In this document: piece after piece, positions 55,559 to 55,987 of the stretch
How the letters are laid out: each line of letters starts with the position of its first letter
Numbering within the stretch: the stretch's first letter is position 1
Assembly (NCBI GenBank): GCA_964637135.1
Contig: CAZWTX010000006.1
Span: 62,001-117,987 of the forward strand
Length of the DNA stretch: 55,987 nt
Reading direction: 5' to 3'
Source: an uncultured Methanospirillum sp.
GTDB taxonomy: Archaea > Halobacteriota > Methanomicrobia > Methanomicrobiales > Methanospirillaceae
Position numbers and translations under genes: made by a program
Notes under the pieces: model-generated
What the model saw: only the letters and a program-made list of their open reading frames with translations
Told to the model about the DNA's origin: nothing
Databases searched by the model: none

Positions 55559-55986
55559 TCAGCGATCCTCCGAATCCTGGCGGGAAGATCCATGTAAGAA
55601 AAGATCTCGCGAGCTTTGAGAGCTGTTTTCTTCCCGGTCTCCTCGTCGATATTGATGACGTGGATGAAGAGATCGTGTGTCTTCTCGTCGACATCTACCG
55701 AGAGGGTTCCCGGCGTAAGGGTGATCGAGTGGGCCAGCATGGTCAGGGCGAGGTCTGACTGCATTCCTGATTCCAGCCTGATAATCCCCGGTCGAATTCT
55801 CCCCGTGATCACCCGGTAGGCAACATCCAGGTTGGCCTTGGTCAGTTCAACAAAGAACGGACCGATATAGAGGACCAGCAGGATCAGCCGCAGAGGATTT
55901 GCCATCCGGAGATTTCCATTCCTACAGAGAACCGGATATGAGATGGCACCGGTTCCAAGCCCGACAATGGCACCGGCAATGATCTC
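55555..55986 (-). CDS. mbhA: Mbh subunit A (MrpE-like), 5' end outside the window
   Basis: KANLDVAYRVI...I.PGII, LAHSITLTPGTL, HVI. The frame stays open to the window edge (EIIAGAIVG...). Confidence 0.92.
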   Translation of the reverse strand, partial: EIIAGAIVGLGTGAISYPVLCRNGNLRMANPLRLILLVLYIGPFFVELTKANLDVAYRVITGRIRPGIIRLESGMQSDLALTMLAHSITLTPGTLSVDVDEKTHDLFIHVINIDEETGKKTALKAREIFSYMDLPARIRRIAE

Positions 55987-55987
55987 T

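Overview
This is a gene-dense chromosomal segment from a hydrogenotrophic methanogen. The gene content (mfnA, mfnB, NrpR-domain protein, Mbh hydrogenase, sheath-protein-like genes) points to Methanomicrobiales, most like Methanospirillum. There is one 10-N scaffold gap at 818-827. I found no mobile element, CRISPR array or rRNA. Housekeeping genes dominate: cca, thpR, nrdH-nrdD, guaB, mfnB, tmk, valS, ychF, ppsA-mfnA-hpt-dph2-METTL5, thiL, rio2, nadE, cupin pgi, bcp, rlmH and pncB. The window also has tRNA-Tyr (with intron), tRNA-Asp, and an Mbh-type energy-converting [NiFe]-hydrogenase/Mrp operon cut at the right edge. The most notable observations are six. (1) A four-gene exported-protein cluster after the tRNAs (32.7-36.6 kb) encodes two beta-rich paralogs resembling the amyloid-like Methanospirillum sheath protein, a PKD protein and a TPR lipoprotein; it is a candidate sheath nucleation/assembly locus. 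(2) The class III ribonucleotide reductase lacks its Zn-ribbon and glycyl-radical domain, so it is probably a split enzyme. (3) A perfect HSR1-type operator (CTAAC-N5-GTTAG) sits on the start of an ArsR-Hsp20 operon. (4) The DUF460 protein carries a release-factor-like GGWSQNRYAR motif. (5) There is a catalytically dead TtuA/Ncs6 paralog. (6) There is an extra MbhB-like gene and an uncalled 59-aa membrane protein. All family assignments come from motif recognition and recall, not database searches.
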